Assembly: GCF_000142905.1 (NCBI RefSeq)
Contig: NW_013657648.1
Span: forward strand, 124,001 to 188,000
Origin: Thecamonas trahens ATCC 50062
Taxonomy: Eukaryota > Protista > Apusomonadida
Reading direction: 5' to 3'
DNA length: 64,000 nt
The notes below the pieces were generated by a model. It made no database searches and was not told the DNA's origin. It saw only the letters and a list, made by a program, of their open reading frames with translations. The position numbers and the translations under genes are program-made. Positions 23,601 to 35,337 of the stretch are shown here, piece after piece. How positions within the stretch are numbered: position 1 is the first letter of the stretch; each line of letters begins with the position of its first letter.

Positions 23601-24497
23601 GCGCCACTTTGTGCGGGCCTCCATAACTTCCAGTGAGGCTGCGGCAGTACGCGCAGCAAGGCGAGCCTCTGCACGTTCAGCACGTTCGAGTGCGGCATCG
23701 CGCTCCTGGCGCACTTCACCGATGGTGGCGGACTTTGCGTCCGAGGCCTTGGCAGCGCGAGCGAGCTTCTCGGTGAGAGCGACGACCTTGGACTTTGCCT
23801 CGTTGGCCTCGGCCTTGAGCTCGGGCCAAGCACGCCACATGGCGCGGAGCTTGCGGTAGTGGTCTTCAGTCCAGCCGAGTGCCTCTTCGCGCGCTCGCAG
23901 CCTGTCTGCCAGTGCATCGAGCTCTGCCTCGCGCTGGCGTGCGTCACGGGCCATATCGGCGGCAAGCGACTCGGCTAGTGACTCAAACTGGGCCTTTTCG
24001 GCCTTGTGGGCCTCAAACTTACGCTCAAAGAACTCATTGTCCAGTCGCTTCTGCAGCGCCGTCGTCTTCCGCATCAGCGCGCGATACTTATCCGCCGCCG
24101 CCGCCGACTTTTCCTTCTCGACACCCACCCTAGCCTCGGCCTCAGCCGCCCGCGCCCGTGCCGCCCGCGCCTCGGCCTTGTACGACTGTCCGCCCACCCC
24201 ACACCCCGCCGATCAGACCATCCATGTCCATCATACTCTGTCAGTCAGCGCACCGCATCGCCCTCCCTCGGCCCCTGCCCCTGCACGTACCTCGACCAGG
24301 CGGACAAGGGCTTGACAATCTTCGTCGGTGTTTCCCGCCATCAGAGTGGACATGGGTGGTGAGTGATGGGCAGGCGGGCTAGAGGTAGAGCCCCTCCTAC
24401 CACTGGTTGCACTGCTGCTGCGGCGCAGCAGCTCGGCCTCGTCTTGGCCCAGGTGACCAACACCCGACAGGTCGTTGGCGGCAAAGAAGGCCTCCAT
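20679..24497 (-). CDS. Long coiled-coil protein with two kinds of C-terminal sequence repeats; exons 24497-24291 and 24185-20679
   Basis: ATG 24497 (MEAFFAANDL...), phase-0 intron GTACGT(24290)...GACTGAC...CAG(24186) joining LVE-SYKAEAR. About 620 aa of heptad-rich E/A/L/R sequence, then 4x YRxxHRDGxVExxxxKP-like repeats and 3x WxPxxLR...YxRAxR repeats. Confidence 0.8.
24186..24290 (-). other. Spliceosomal intron (105 nt)
   Basis: GTACGT donor, GACTGAC branch motif, G/T-rich 3' part, CAG acceptor. Supplies an ATG-containing first exon to ORF 20679-24197. Confidence 0.85.
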
Positions 24498-24920
24498 ACC
24501 CCCCAACGTATCCGCGTGTGGGATTAGAGACAGAGGTGGAGGAAGTGTGGCTGGTGTCACCAACGCACACAGGTCGTGGGTCTGGTGTCTGGTATGGGGA
24601 GGGGAGGGGTGGAGGGGAGGGGGGGGGGGGTGACGGTGACGAGGGAGGCGGTGGTCGACTTGGCGCCAACGAGTTCCAAGTCGGAAGCAATCGACCAACC
24701 GAGTCAGTCACTCCCCGCATCGGTGGCCACCAACCGTCACCAGCCACCAGCCACCAACCACCAACCACCAGCCACCGCTACCGCCACCGCCACCACCACG
24801 CCACCGCTACCACTACCGCTACCGGCACTTCTCCCCCCCCACCCCACCACACACACTCATACCCAACACCCATATCCATACCCACACTCATACACATTCG
24901 CATAGCCGTACACTATCTCT

Positions 24921-27074
24921 ATGGCTGAGATAGACCTGTCCATTGCAGAGCTGGAGGAGGAGCTGGCCGCCCTCTCCGTCGCCTACGCCTCGGTCAAGCA
25001 CGAGCCGGTGGTGGTCGAGCAGAGTCTTCGCCATAGCCACGACTACGCCCATGGTTACGGCCACGGTCATGACCATCATATACGCTCCTCGGGCCTGGGT
25101 GACACCCGCCCGCCCCCTCACGCCCAAGACCTGGCTGACTCAGCCCCGCCGGACGTCTGGTTTCACGACGGGGACTCTGACGCCGCAAGTGCTGCTCTGT
25201 CGGTGCTGGCGGCTTCGGCTGGACCACCTTCTCTTGCTGCACATCCGTCCCAGCCAGAGCCTCAGCCAGAGCTGACCCGCTCTGCCGTTGAGATCGAGCT
25301 GATCAGAGTCCGCGAGCAGATCTACCTGCGCAACGAGGAGAAGCGCAAGGCGCAAGACGCCGCCCGACCGACTGACAAGGGCAAGGGCAAGTCTAAGGAC
25401 AAGCTCAAGGCCAAGGGAAAGGGAAAGGCCAAGTCTAAGTCCAAGTCCAAGTCCAAGTCCAAGTCCAAGTCCAAGGGCGGCAAGTCCGAAGCCAAGAGCA
25501 AGGCCAGTGATCACGCAACACCCAAAGGGACGGACAGTCGCAACAGCCTGCGCCGCCGCGGACGGAAGCGGATCCACGTCTCGGCCCGCGATGCAAAGTC
25601 TGGCTCGGGATCGTCGAGCCCACTGTTCTCGTCGTTCTCGATGACGGCGTCGTATTCGGTCTCAGTCTCGTCGCCGTCCGAGCCCGCGGCCGACGCCGGA
25701 TCCTCCGGAGCCGCCGATCCTGCCGCCAGCGGCCAGATGCCAGCCGTGAGCCCTCCGACCGACGCCTGCGTATGCGACCCTTCACCCACTGATCCTGCGC
25801 TTGCCGCGTCTCGGCCGGCAGAGTCGGCTGCTGCCGCGTCCGAGGCCAACCCCGTCGCCGATGCCGATGCCGATGCCGACGCTTCACCGCCGGTGGCACC
25901 GCCTCGGACTGCAGTGCGTCTTCCCCAAGAAGCCGAGAAGACCGAGCCAGACGAGCCAGTATCGGCCGAACTCTCGTTTATCGAGCTCGGACGGATGGTA
26001 CAGAGCGAGTGGCGGGCGAGCAACGTGGGACGGGCCATGGAGCAGCGTGTTCTGTCCAACGGAAGCCGGCGGTTCGGCCTGCTGGAGGCACCGCCACTTC
26101 CACCGACTACCATGGTGACGGCAATGGGTATGCCGCGGGCGCAGCCGACTGCCCGGCTCACGTCGCGGATTGTGTTGCTTGGCGCAGCCAAGGCCGGCAA
26201 GACAGCAACGGTCCGGTCCATCCTGGGCACAACGCCAGCCGACGCTGACAAGCGCTACATCCCGACTCGCGGCATGCAGACCTCGCGCAAGTTCTGGATG
26301 GCGTGCAAGTCGCGGAACGAGCAGGTCATCCTCCTCGACCTGCGCTTCGTCGACGTTGGCGCCACCGCCGCCACCGCCCACCGCAGCTATCTGCAGACCG
26401 AGCAGAGGACGCTGTTTGCGCTCCCGCGCACCGTCATGATGCTTGTCTTCTCGGTTGCTGACCGCGCATCGTACACCGCTGTCCTCACGATGCTCACTCA
26501 GTTTACCACCGTCTCGGCCATCAAGATCCTAGTCGCCACTCATCGCGACGTCGCGGCCGACAAGATCGTCGTCTCCACCGACGAGATGCTGGAGCTGTCG
26601 CGGTCCCGTGGCATCCCGCTCTACTTTATGTCCAACACGGCCTCACTGCATGCTGCTGCTGCCGCTGCTGCTGCCGCCACGGCCACGTCGGCACAGCTGC
26701 AGCCTGTCGCGGGCCCTGTCGCTTCCTCCCCGGCCGCACCCGCTCCGCTTTCTGCCCACTCGCGCGGCACGGTCATGAGCATGGACGAGGACGGCTCAAC
26801 CGAGCCAAACACACCCCGCCGCGACTCTCGGACTCCGACTGAGATTGCCGCCGCTGCCGCCGCCGAGATCGTCGCCGCCCAGCAGTCGGCCACCGCTGCT
26901 GCTGCCGCCGCTGCCGCCCAGCAGTCGGCCGCTGCTGCCCAGTCGGCCGCCGCCCACGACGTCGAGCTGCTCCTTAACGGTATCGCCGAGCTCCTCGTTC
27001 GCCAGCAGCAGGATACCCAGCTCCGTCAGCTGGAAATGATCATGGCCCAGCAAGCCACCACCGCTGCCAACTAA
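24921..27074 (+). CDS. CPLANE2: REM2- and Rab-like small GTPase 1 (CPLANE2/RSG1) homolog with long low-complexity N-terminal extension
   Basis: RRFGLLEAPPLPP precedes the G domain, as in the RSG1 FGLLERP motif. P-loop GAAKAGKT; PTRGMQTSRKFW resembling RSG1 ETTGIQTTVVFW; LRFVDVG; LVFSVADRASY. Confidence 0.75.
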   Translation: MAEIDLSIAELEEELAALSVAYASVKHEPVVVEQSLRHSHDYAHGYGHGHDHHIRSSGLGDTRPPPHAQDLADSAPPDVWFHDGDSDAASAALSVLAASAGPPSLAAHPSQPEPQPELTRSAVEIELIRVREQIYLRNEEKRKAQDAARPTDKGKGKSKDKLKAKGKGKAKSKSKSKSKSKSKSKGGKSEAKSKASDHATPKGTDSRNSLRRRGRKRIHVSARDAKSGSGSSSPLFSSFSMTASYSVSVSSPSEPAADAGSSGAADPAASGQMPAVSPPTDACVCDPSPTDPALAASRPAESAAAASEANPVADADADADASPPVAPPRTAVRLPQEAEKTEPDEPVSAELSFIELGRMVQSEWRASNVGRAMEQRVLSNGSRRFGLLEAPPLPPTTMVTAMGMPRAQPTARLTSRIVLLGAAKAGKTATVRSILGTTPADADKRYIPTRGMQTSRKFWMACKSRNEQVILLDLRFVDVGATAATAHRSYLQTEQRTLFALPRTVMMLVFSVADRASYTAVLTMLTQFTTVSAIKILVATHRDVAADKIVVSTDEMLELSRSRGIPLYFMSNTASLHAAAAAAAAATATSAQLQPVAGPVASSPAAPAPLSAHSRGTVMSMDEDGSTEPNTPRRDSRTPTEIAAAAAAEIVAAQQSATAAAAAAAAQQSAAAAQSAAAHDVELLLNGIAELLVRQQQDTQLRQLEMIMAQQATTAAN

Positions 27075-27376
27075 GCCTGTACGGTTCAGTCACCAGGGCG
27101 CTTTGATGCGCGTCCCCAAAGTGAACGACGCAGTGCATGACCAACCCCCTCGTCGCCGGACCGTTCCCCTCGCTTGCCCTACCACCACCCTCCCAGGCGC
27201 AATNNNNNNNNNNNNNNNNNNNNNNNNNNNNNNNNNNNNNNNNNNNNNNNNNNNNNNNNNNNNNNNNNNNNNNNNNNNNNNNNNNNNNNNNNNNNNNNNN
27301 NNNGCAAACTACTCTTCATACCCCTACCACCCCCACCCCCCCCCCCCCCCCCCCTCCCCCTCCTCCTCCCTACTCC

Positions 27377-27871
27377 ATGTCTTCTCCCCCCGCACCCGAC
27401 ACCCTTGTGCCAAAGGCCGACAACGAAGCCGTCGAGGCCGACATTGCCACCATGCTCGGTGCACTGGTGGTGGCACTCGAGGGGAGCAGCAGCAAGTCAC
27501 TGGCTGGCCTCGCCCCTGCCCCACCACCAGCCCATCCGCACGCACCGGCTATGGCGGCTCTCTGTGTGGCGCTGTTCGGCTCAGCGGCGCCCGTCGCCCG
27601 TGACTCGGCCCCGCATGCTGTTCACGCCTCGCTGCTCCTGGCTGCTGGCGCTCTTGGCCTGCCGCACGGCGCGCTGGCAACGTCGCCGCTCCCGCCACAC
27701 GATCGGTCTCACGCCGCTGTCCTCGAGTGGGCGCTGCTGCGGCGGATGGTCGACGTGGTCGGTGTGAAGCTCGAGGGCGCGCTGGTGCTGGACGTGGCTG
27801 GTTCGGACTGTGTGTCGGCGTACATGGCCCAGGCCGAGCTGGGCAAGATCCTGGCTGGAGGCGAGGGTTGA
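27377..27871 (+). CDS. Hypothetical helical protein (about 164 aa)
   Basis: ATG after a poly-C tract, coding-like GC3 bias, TGA at 27869-27871 facing a convergent gene. No motif recognised. Confidence 0.55.
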   Translation: MSSPPAPDTLVPKADNEAVEADIATMLGALVVALEGSSSKSLAGLAPAPPPAHPHAPAMAALCVALFGSAAPVARDSAPHAVHASLLLAAGALGLPHGALATSPLPPHDRSHAAVLEWALLRRMVDVVGVKLEGALVLDVAGSDCVSAYMAQAELGKILAGGEG

Positions 27872-27889
27872 GGCGGGAGTCAGACGTAT

Positions 27890-30092
27890 TTACAACGGCG
27901 AGCCGGTAGACGCGGAGGCCGACGGCGATCCGGGCGAGATGCGGGCGGCCATGACCTGGGCCACAAGATTGTTGAGCGTGCCGACCCACTCTGCCAGCTC
28001 TTGCTGTGACGAGGCCGAGAGGACAATGTCCTTGGCGCGGTCGCCTGCGCGGAGGCCCAACTGGAGGACAAAGCAAAAGTCGCGGTCCTGGGCGCCATCG
28101 GGAATGGAGACACCGGCAAGGGCAGCGAGCTCAATTGTTCCGCGCGGCTCGACATCCTGTGCGCCCACAAAGTAGTACAGCGTGTTGGCCTTGAGAACAA
28201 AGAACCGCGGCTGCCACTTCTTGCCTGAACGGCCGCCGCGCTTGTGAAGGATGCCCTCGAGGAGAATCGGCGTCGTGTCGGTGGCGTAGTCGGACGAGAC
28301 CTTGGCCGTCAGCCGCTTCTTTTTGACCGAGTCCACCATGCGCGAGATGGAAGACCGCCGGAGGTTGCGGAACGGGCAAGGCGCGTTGGTCCGCGCAAAG
28401 TCGCGGGCAGCAGCAAGGAGCGAGGTGTACCACTCGAGCGTCACGTCATCGCTCTCGCCACGCACAAAGTATCTCGACTTGGTCTCGTTGTCGACCAGGA
28501 TGATCGACGTCGCCTCGCGGTTGACGTCGCCCGACGCGTCGAGCTCAACGACCGAGCCGGCGAGGTGGATGCATCCTTGCGGCTCGCGGTCGCCAGACTT
28601 TTTGTAGTAAACAAAGTGGTCGCGGTTGAGGACACAGTGCCGCGGCTGCCATGAGCCCTTGCGGAAACCGCCGAGCTTGAAGAGTGTTCCGACCTTAGAA
28701 GCGGCCGCCTGGACGTTGAGCGACACCGCGCGAGTGCTTGTCCGCTTTGCCGCCACACCTGCTGCGACTCCCGCGCTCGGCGACTCCGGCACCGACGCCG
28801 ACGAGCCTGCCCGATCGCGGCTCGCGGGCTCACCCGACACCACGACTGACGGCGGCGGCGCCGGGCTGGAGCTTGCCGGTAGGAGCAGCTCCTCGGGCAG
28901 CGCAGTAGCGCTGCTGCCGCCGGCGGGCTCGCCGAGAATTGCCAGCAGGCCACGGAGTGGGGTGATCGGCGGCGATGGCGTTCGTAGCAAGCCACCGGTG
29001 AGAATCGACGTCGCTTGAGTCGACATCTTTGACTCGGGCGAACAGTGGTCAAGGCAGATGTACCCGTCGGCCATCGTCATGCCATCACGGAGCATGCCCG
29101 ACCACGACCGCAGCTCGGTGGCGGCCGGGTCGAGGCCGTGGACAAAGGCCTGGAACTTGCGGCAGAGCTGTGGTGTGACCATGGCGCGCACGTCGTCGGG
29201 AGTCGTCGCCTCGGGCGCCACGCTCACTGCCCGCAGCGCGAGAGCCATGGCTTCCGGATACGCGCTGCTCGCCTGCTGCACCAGCGTCGCCACAGCGCGT
29301 CGCAGGTGTCGGAACACCGACCGCCGGTGGCCAAACAGCATCAGCTGAAGCTCGACCTGCTGCTGGGCCGGCTGAGCGAGGCCATCAAATGCTGTCAGAT
29401 CCATCTTGTCCGGTGTCTCTCGCGAGGTCTGGCCCACAATCAGAATGTTGAGCCATGCAATAAGGAGCGGCGCAAAGGTGATCACAAACTCGAGCGGCTG
29501 CACAACCGCATAGCCCTCGGAGAGCACGTCATCTTGTGCTGCCGAGCCCATCGCCGTAGCAAAGTGCCATGGCACTGCCTCGCAGAGGAAACAAAGCCGG
29601 AACGTCCGCGCATCCCATGTCTCGGCCCGCAGCCAGTCCTGTGACATGGCGTCGGTGACGAGAGCAAACAGATGCGGCGTGTCCGGAGCGGCGCTCATGA
29701 ACGACTGTGTGTACGCCTGCACGAGTCCGGCGTAGCCGTCAAGCACCACTTCGCCACCGCTAGCCACCACCGAGGCCCGAAAAGACTTCTTCCGCTCGTT
29801 TCCGATGGCCACACCCTGGCCGACCTCAAGCGAGTCTTTGCTGCTCTCGCCAGCAGCACCGGCACCTGGCCCATCACTTCCGCCAGCCGCCGTCGTTGCC
29901 GCCGTCGTTGCCGCCGTCGCTGCCGCTGCCACTGCCGCAGCCGAGCCTGCTGCAGTGATCGACTCTTTGCCAGTCCGCTCGGGCAGAACCTGGAAGAAGG
30001 CAAGCGGGATGAGGCCGCGGGCACCGGTGGCCACGGCCTCGCCCACCGCCCACTCTTTCCCGTCGTCGCCTGGCAGCGGTGTCATGTACACC
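27890..30092 (-). CDS. SH3 (partial) plus tandem PH domain protein; 5' exon lost in gap 30261-30991
   Basis: Begins with the C-terminal half of an SH3 domain (EWAVGE...GARGLIPLAFFQVL). PH1 KVGTLFKLGGFRKGSWQPRHCVL...EWYTSL; PH2 EGILHKRGGRSGKKWQPRFFVL...EWVGTLN. Putative acceptor CAG ends at 30093. Confidence 0.8.
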
Positions 30093-30134
30093 CTGTCGGA
30101 CCAACCAAGCCCAGACCAGCCGTACCCATGGTCA

Positions 30135-30187
30135 TACCCATGCCCATGTCCGTACCCATGCCCATGTCCGTACCCATGCCCATGTCC
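30135..30187. repeat. About 3 copies of an 18-nt tandem repeat (TACCCATGCCCATGTCCG) inside a putative intron
   Basis: Directly visible; lies between putative branch GACTTAC (30211-30205, minus strand) and the acceptor at 30093. Confidence 0.8.
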
Positions 30188-31169
30188 AACCCCCCATGCT
30201 TGCCGTAAGTCGTACTAAGCCCACCCGCCCCCTCCCGCCGCCGCCCCTCCCTCCCCCTCCNNNNNNNNNNNNNNNNNNNNNNNNNNNNNNNNNNNNNNNN
30301 NNNNNNNNNNNNNNNNNNNNNNNNNNNNNNNNNNNNNNNNNNNNNNNNNNNNNNNNNNNNNNNNNNNNNNNNNNNNNNNNNNNNNNNNNNNNNNNNNNNN
30401 NNNNNNNNNNNNNNNNNNNNNNNNNNNNNNNNNNNNNNNNNNNNNNNNNNNNNNNNNNNNNNNNNNNNNNNNNNNNNNNNNNNNNNNNNNNNNNNNNNNN
30501 NNNNNNNNNNNNNNNNNNNNNNNNNNNNNNNNNNNNNNNNNNNNNNNNNNNNNNNNNNNNNNNNNNNNNNNNNNNNNNNNNNNNNNNNNNNNNNNNNNNN
30601 NNNNNNNNNNNNNNNNNNNNNNNNNNNNNNNNNNNNNNNNNNNNNNNNNNNNNNNNNNNNNNNNNNNNNNNNNNNNNNNNNNNNNNNNNNNNNNNNNNNN
30701 NNNNNNNNNNNNNNNNNNNNNNNNNNNNNNNNNNNNNNNNNNNNNNNNNNNNNNNNNNNNNNNNNNNNNNNNNNNNNNNNNNNNNNNNNNNNNNNNNNNN
30801 NNNNNNNNNNNNNNNNNNNNNNNNNNNNNNNNNNNNNNNNNNNNNNNNNNNNNNNNNNNNNNNNNNNNNNNNNNNNNNNNNNNNNNNNNNNNNNNNNNNN
30901 NNNNNNNNNNNNNNNNNNNNNNNNNNNNNNNNNNNNNNNNNNNNNNNNNNNNNNNNNNNNNNNNNNNNNNNNNNNNNNNNNNNNNNNNNNNGGGGGGGGA
31001 GGCTGGCAGGAGGACCACTGCCGAATGACCGCGCGCGCCAAAAGCCCCGCCCGCCACCCCTCCCTTCCTCCCCACTCCACCTCTACCCCTCCCACACCCC
31101 TCCCTCCCTCCCACTCCCCAACACATCCCCTCCGCCACCCTACCTACCCTCCTCCTCTTTCTCCCTGCC

Positions 31170-32923
31170 ATGGCCAAGTTCTCCGCCGACACGGCGTTTG
31201 CACGGGTGTTCTCGTCCGAGGCGCAGGTGGCGCCGTCGCTGGCTCTGCGGACGACCCATGTCCACGCCCGGGTCCTTGCCGTCTCTCAGCCGCTGCACCT
31301 CGCAGTGGTGGGCAACGGCATGCTGCTTGATCTGTACAATCTCAATCCGCCCAAGGTTGCCGGCGATGCCCCGGTCCTCACCTACGAGGACCGCATCTCG
31401 CTCCTCGACTGTGGGCAGAACGACGACTCGTCGCCGCCGCTCGGCCCTGTTGTCTCGCTAGCCTTCTCGCCGCGCGACGTGCTGTACATCGGGACGGCGT
31501 CTGGCCACGTAATCTCGTTCCGCATCCGGAAGCGCGTGCTCGCTCCGGGTGCCGATGTCAATCCGCTCTTTGCCCAGTGCCTCATGCAGGCCCACATTGC
31601 GCCCAACGCAGACGTCACTGCCGTCCTGCCGTCGCCGGTCTCCAAGGACATTGTGCTCATCTCTCTCGTGCCGCGGAGCGCCGGCTCGGTTGCCTCGCTC
31701 CACACCATCTACCTCGACACGGGTACTGTATCGATTGCTCCTGTCTCGCTGCAGCTCGCCCTCACCACCGCCATCGCCTTCTCGCCCTGCGGCCAGTTTG
31801 TGGCGACGTGCGACGTCGACGCCGTCTTCCGCGTCTGGTCCGTCGCCCTCTCTGCCGACGAGCCCAACCCACGATCGCTTGTTCTCCTCCCAGTCTACGA
31901 GTGGGGCGATGCTGCCGCTTCCGCCGCCACCTCGCTTGTCTGGCTTGCCGCGCCCGACCCGACCGCCATGACTCTCGGCGGTGCGCCAACCACCGCCCCC
32001 TCCTTGTCTCCGGCCACGACTCGGGTGCGCTCAAGACCTGGTCCGTCGACGGCTCGCTCATGGCGCAGTACCCGCAGCTCCATGTCCGTGGGCATCAGCT
32101 TGTTGAGCTATCGGTGCCAATCCCGCTGGCGCCGGGCATGTGGTTCGAGGCTGGTTCGATGCCGGACCGCGACCTCGACCCGGTCTCGCGCATTCTCGCT
32201 GCCCGCGGCGTGGACCCCATCGTCTGGCGGTCGGCCCGTCTGCCGTTCGAGCCATCGCATCTTGTGCTCTCGCTCGCCCTGGGCTCGGCTGCCCTTCGGT
32301 TCTGGCCTGTCGCTCCCAATGGCGACCTCGCTTCACTCGAGCACGTTCTCCAGCTCGAGCCCATCAAGCTCAACGGAACCGACCCGCGCGGCATGGCCGT
32401 TCTCCCGCGCTCGTCTGCCGACGAGCCTATTATCCTACTCATCCTCACCGACGCTGGCTTTAACTCGATCGTCCTCAGCCCTGCACCGCCTCCCGCGCTG
32501 GCCGACGACTCGCCACCGGTCGACTCTCACGACGCTACGGCCCAGACCGGCGACGCCCTGCACAACGCCGTCGTCGCTGCCCTAGCAGCGGACGATGCAG
32601 CAGAGGCCGCTGCGGCCGCAGACACTGCAGCAGCAGACACTGCAGCCGCAGACGCTGCGGCCGCAAATGCCGCACCCCCGCACCATACCCGCGCACGCCA
32701 TGACGCTGCGTCGTTGTACGCACTCCCGCCGCCGCCGATCCGCCGCGCTTACCCGCCGCGGCGTGAGTCGGACAAGGTGGGCCGGCTGAGCGACCTTGCC
32801 GAGCGCGTCGCCAACCTCGAGGCCGAGCTCGTCATGGTCCGCAACTCGTTTGTCGTCTTCTCCGACGCCATGACCAAGGACATGGCCAGGGTTCTCTCGA
32901 CGCTCAACCGCCTTACCTCGTGA
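31170..32923 (+). CDS. WD40-like beta-propeller protein with C-terminal coiled coil; -1 frameshift near 31986-32000
   Basis: VVSLAFSPRDVLYIGTASGHV and TAIAFSPCGQFVATCDVDAVFRVW in frame 1. LLVSGHDSGALKTWS and LSDLAERVANLEAELVMVR in the -1 frame (ORF 31577-32923). Confidence 0.7.
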
Positions 32924-32937
32924 GCGACGCGGTCTGC

Positions 32938-34178
32938 TCACCGCTTGCGCTCCTTCTCCCAACGGAACACCGGGGCCTTGCCGTTCTTGGCCTTGCGGAC
33001 CTTGCGCCGCTTGCCCTTGCCCTGCAGCTGCTTGTGGAGCTGCAGCGTGTTGTACACGGTCTCGAGCTCTTCGAGGCGCTGCATCCGCGCCGCGAGCTTG
33101 CGGTACGCCAAGTTCTTTTTCTGCAGCACCCGCGGCCGCTCGGCAGCCGCAATGACCCGGCCCAGGTTGACATCCTCCGTGAGGTCACTCAGCCGCGGCC
33201 GGTTGAACTTGCGGCCGACCAGTTCGGGCGCGGTATCGTAGTACTTGGCCGGATCAAAGGTAGCCACCTCGTCCTCGGTATCCACAAAGATGATGTGCTT
33301 CTTGCGCTTAACACGCTGCCGCCGCTCGTAGTCCTCGTACGGGTCACGCCCGCCGGTTTCGCCAGCTTCGTCACCACCGGCATCGCCGAGGCCGAGCGGG
33401 TCCAGAAGGTCGTCAAGGTCAAAGTTGAGAAAGCCGTCGTTGTCGGTCACCGCTCCGGCCTTGGCTGCAGCCTCGGTCTCGGCCTCGGCCCCACGCTTCC
33501 GCTTCTTGCTGCTCTTCTTCTTTGACTCGCCGTTCTCGGCCGCCATCAGCGCCTCGAGGGCAGACTCGTCGAGCCCTTGCAGCCATTCGAGGTCGCCTTC
33601 GTCAAGGTCGTCCACGCCGCCACGCTCGTCGATGTCGTCAGGCAGCAGCTGTCGCGGATCATATCCGTCGTCCGACTCGTCGTCGTACTCTTCGCCGGAG
33701 CTGCCGCCGCCGTTGACGCTCGCTGCCGTGACCTGCATCTCCTCCATGCCGTTCAGTTCCTCATCGTCGTACTCGTCGTCTCCGTCGTCACTCATCTCGG
33801 GCGAGACCGACCGCGATGCTGACCGCGACTTGACCTTCTTCTTGGCCTTGGACTTGCCCTTCTTGGACTTGTCCTTGGCCTTCTTGCCCTTGGCCTTGGC
33901 CTTGGCCTTGGCCTTGGCCTTCTTCGCCTTGGCCTTGGCCTTGGCCTTGGCCTTGGCCGCCTTGCGCTCGCCCTTGGCAGCTAGGGCCGCGAGCATCGAC
34001 TTGCCCGATCCGCCCCGCTGCTTGCGCGCCGCCTTGTCGAGGGCAGCGCGGACGTGCTCGGGCATCTCCAGCGCGTCGTCGTCGTCGGCAACTGCTCCCG
34101 GCGCGACGATGCCGCGAGAGTAAGCCTTGCCAACCAGCTCTTCCTCCTCATCCAGCATTTGCAACTGCTCCTTGAGCT
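32938..34178 (-). CDS. UTP11: U3 snoRNP-associated protein Utp11 (3' part; N-terminus in gap) with a large internal insertion
   Basis: KHIIFVD...FDPAKYYDTAPELVGRKFNRPR...YRKLAARMQR...QLQGKGKRRKV...PVFRWEKERKR is the conserved Utp11 C-terminus. LKEQLQML matches the end of the preceding helix. Confidence 0.9.
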
Positions 34179-35337
34179 NNNNNNNNNNNNNNNNNNNNNN
34201 NNNNNNNNNNNNNNNNNNNNNNNNNNNNNNNNNNNNNNNNNNNNNNNNNNNNNNNNNNNNNNNNNNNNNNNNNNNNNNNNNNNNNNNNNNNNNNNNNNNN
34301 NNNNNNNNNNNNNNNNNNNNNNNNNNNNNNNNNNNNNNNNNNNNNNNNNNNNNNNNNNNNNNNNNNNNNNNNNNNNNNNNNNNNNNNNNNNNNNNNNNNN
34401 NNNNNNNNNNNNNNNNNNNNNNNNNNNNNNNNNNNNNNNNNNNNNNNNNNNNNNNNNNNNNNNNNNNNNNNNNNNNNNNNNNNNNNNNNNNNNNNNNNNN
34501 NNNNNNNNNNNNNNNNNNNNNNNNNNNNNNNNNNNNNNNNNNNNNNNNNNNNNNNNNNNNNNNNNNNNNNNNNNNNNNNNNNNNNNNNNNNNNNNNNNNN
34601 NNNNNNNNNNNNNNNNNNNNNNNNNNNNNNNNNNNNNNNNNNNNNNNNNNNNNNNNNNNNNNNNNNNNNNNNNNNNNNNNNNNNNNNNNNNNNNNNNNNN
34701 NNNNNNNNNNNNNNNNNNNNNNNNNNNNNNNNNNNNNNNNNNNNNNNNNNNNNNNNNNNNNNNNNNNNNNNNNNNNNNNNNNNNNNNNNNNNNNNNNNNN
34801 NNNNNNNNNNNNNNNNNNNNNNNNNNNNNNNNNNNNNNNNNNNNNNNNNNNNNNNNNNNNNNNNNNNNNNNNNNNNNNNNNNNNNNNNNNNNNNNNNNNN
34901 NNNNNNNNNNNNNNNNNNNNNNNNNNNNNNNNNNNNNNNNNNNNNNNNNNNNNNNNNNNNNNNNNNNNNNNNNNNNNNNNNNNNNNNNNNNNNNNNNNNN
35001 NNNNNNNNNNNNNNNNNNNNNNNGTACGACCGCCACTCGTCGCCCACCCCTTCCCTCCCCTCGCCCCCCCCCCCCCCTCCGCCCCACTCCCCTCTGCAAG
35101 CCCCAAGCCCCTTCCACTCATCATGCATGCTCCCAACATACACGTTGTGCGTAGACGTACGCTCGCGATTCGGAGGGCAACAGACACATCCGCAATGATG
35201 TGCTATGACCGCACAACAAGCTGACTGGCCGACGACGACCTCGCTGTGGTGGTGGAGGGTACTCCACGCCACAGGCCGACCGGCCGACCGGCCTACTCCA
35301 CAAAAGGATCCGCAACGCAAATATGGGTTTACGATGC

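Noticed and set aside
30079-35320. ORFs spanning N runs (30079-31461, 33981-35320, also 52793-54092)
   Set aside because: Artefacts of translating through assembly gaps.
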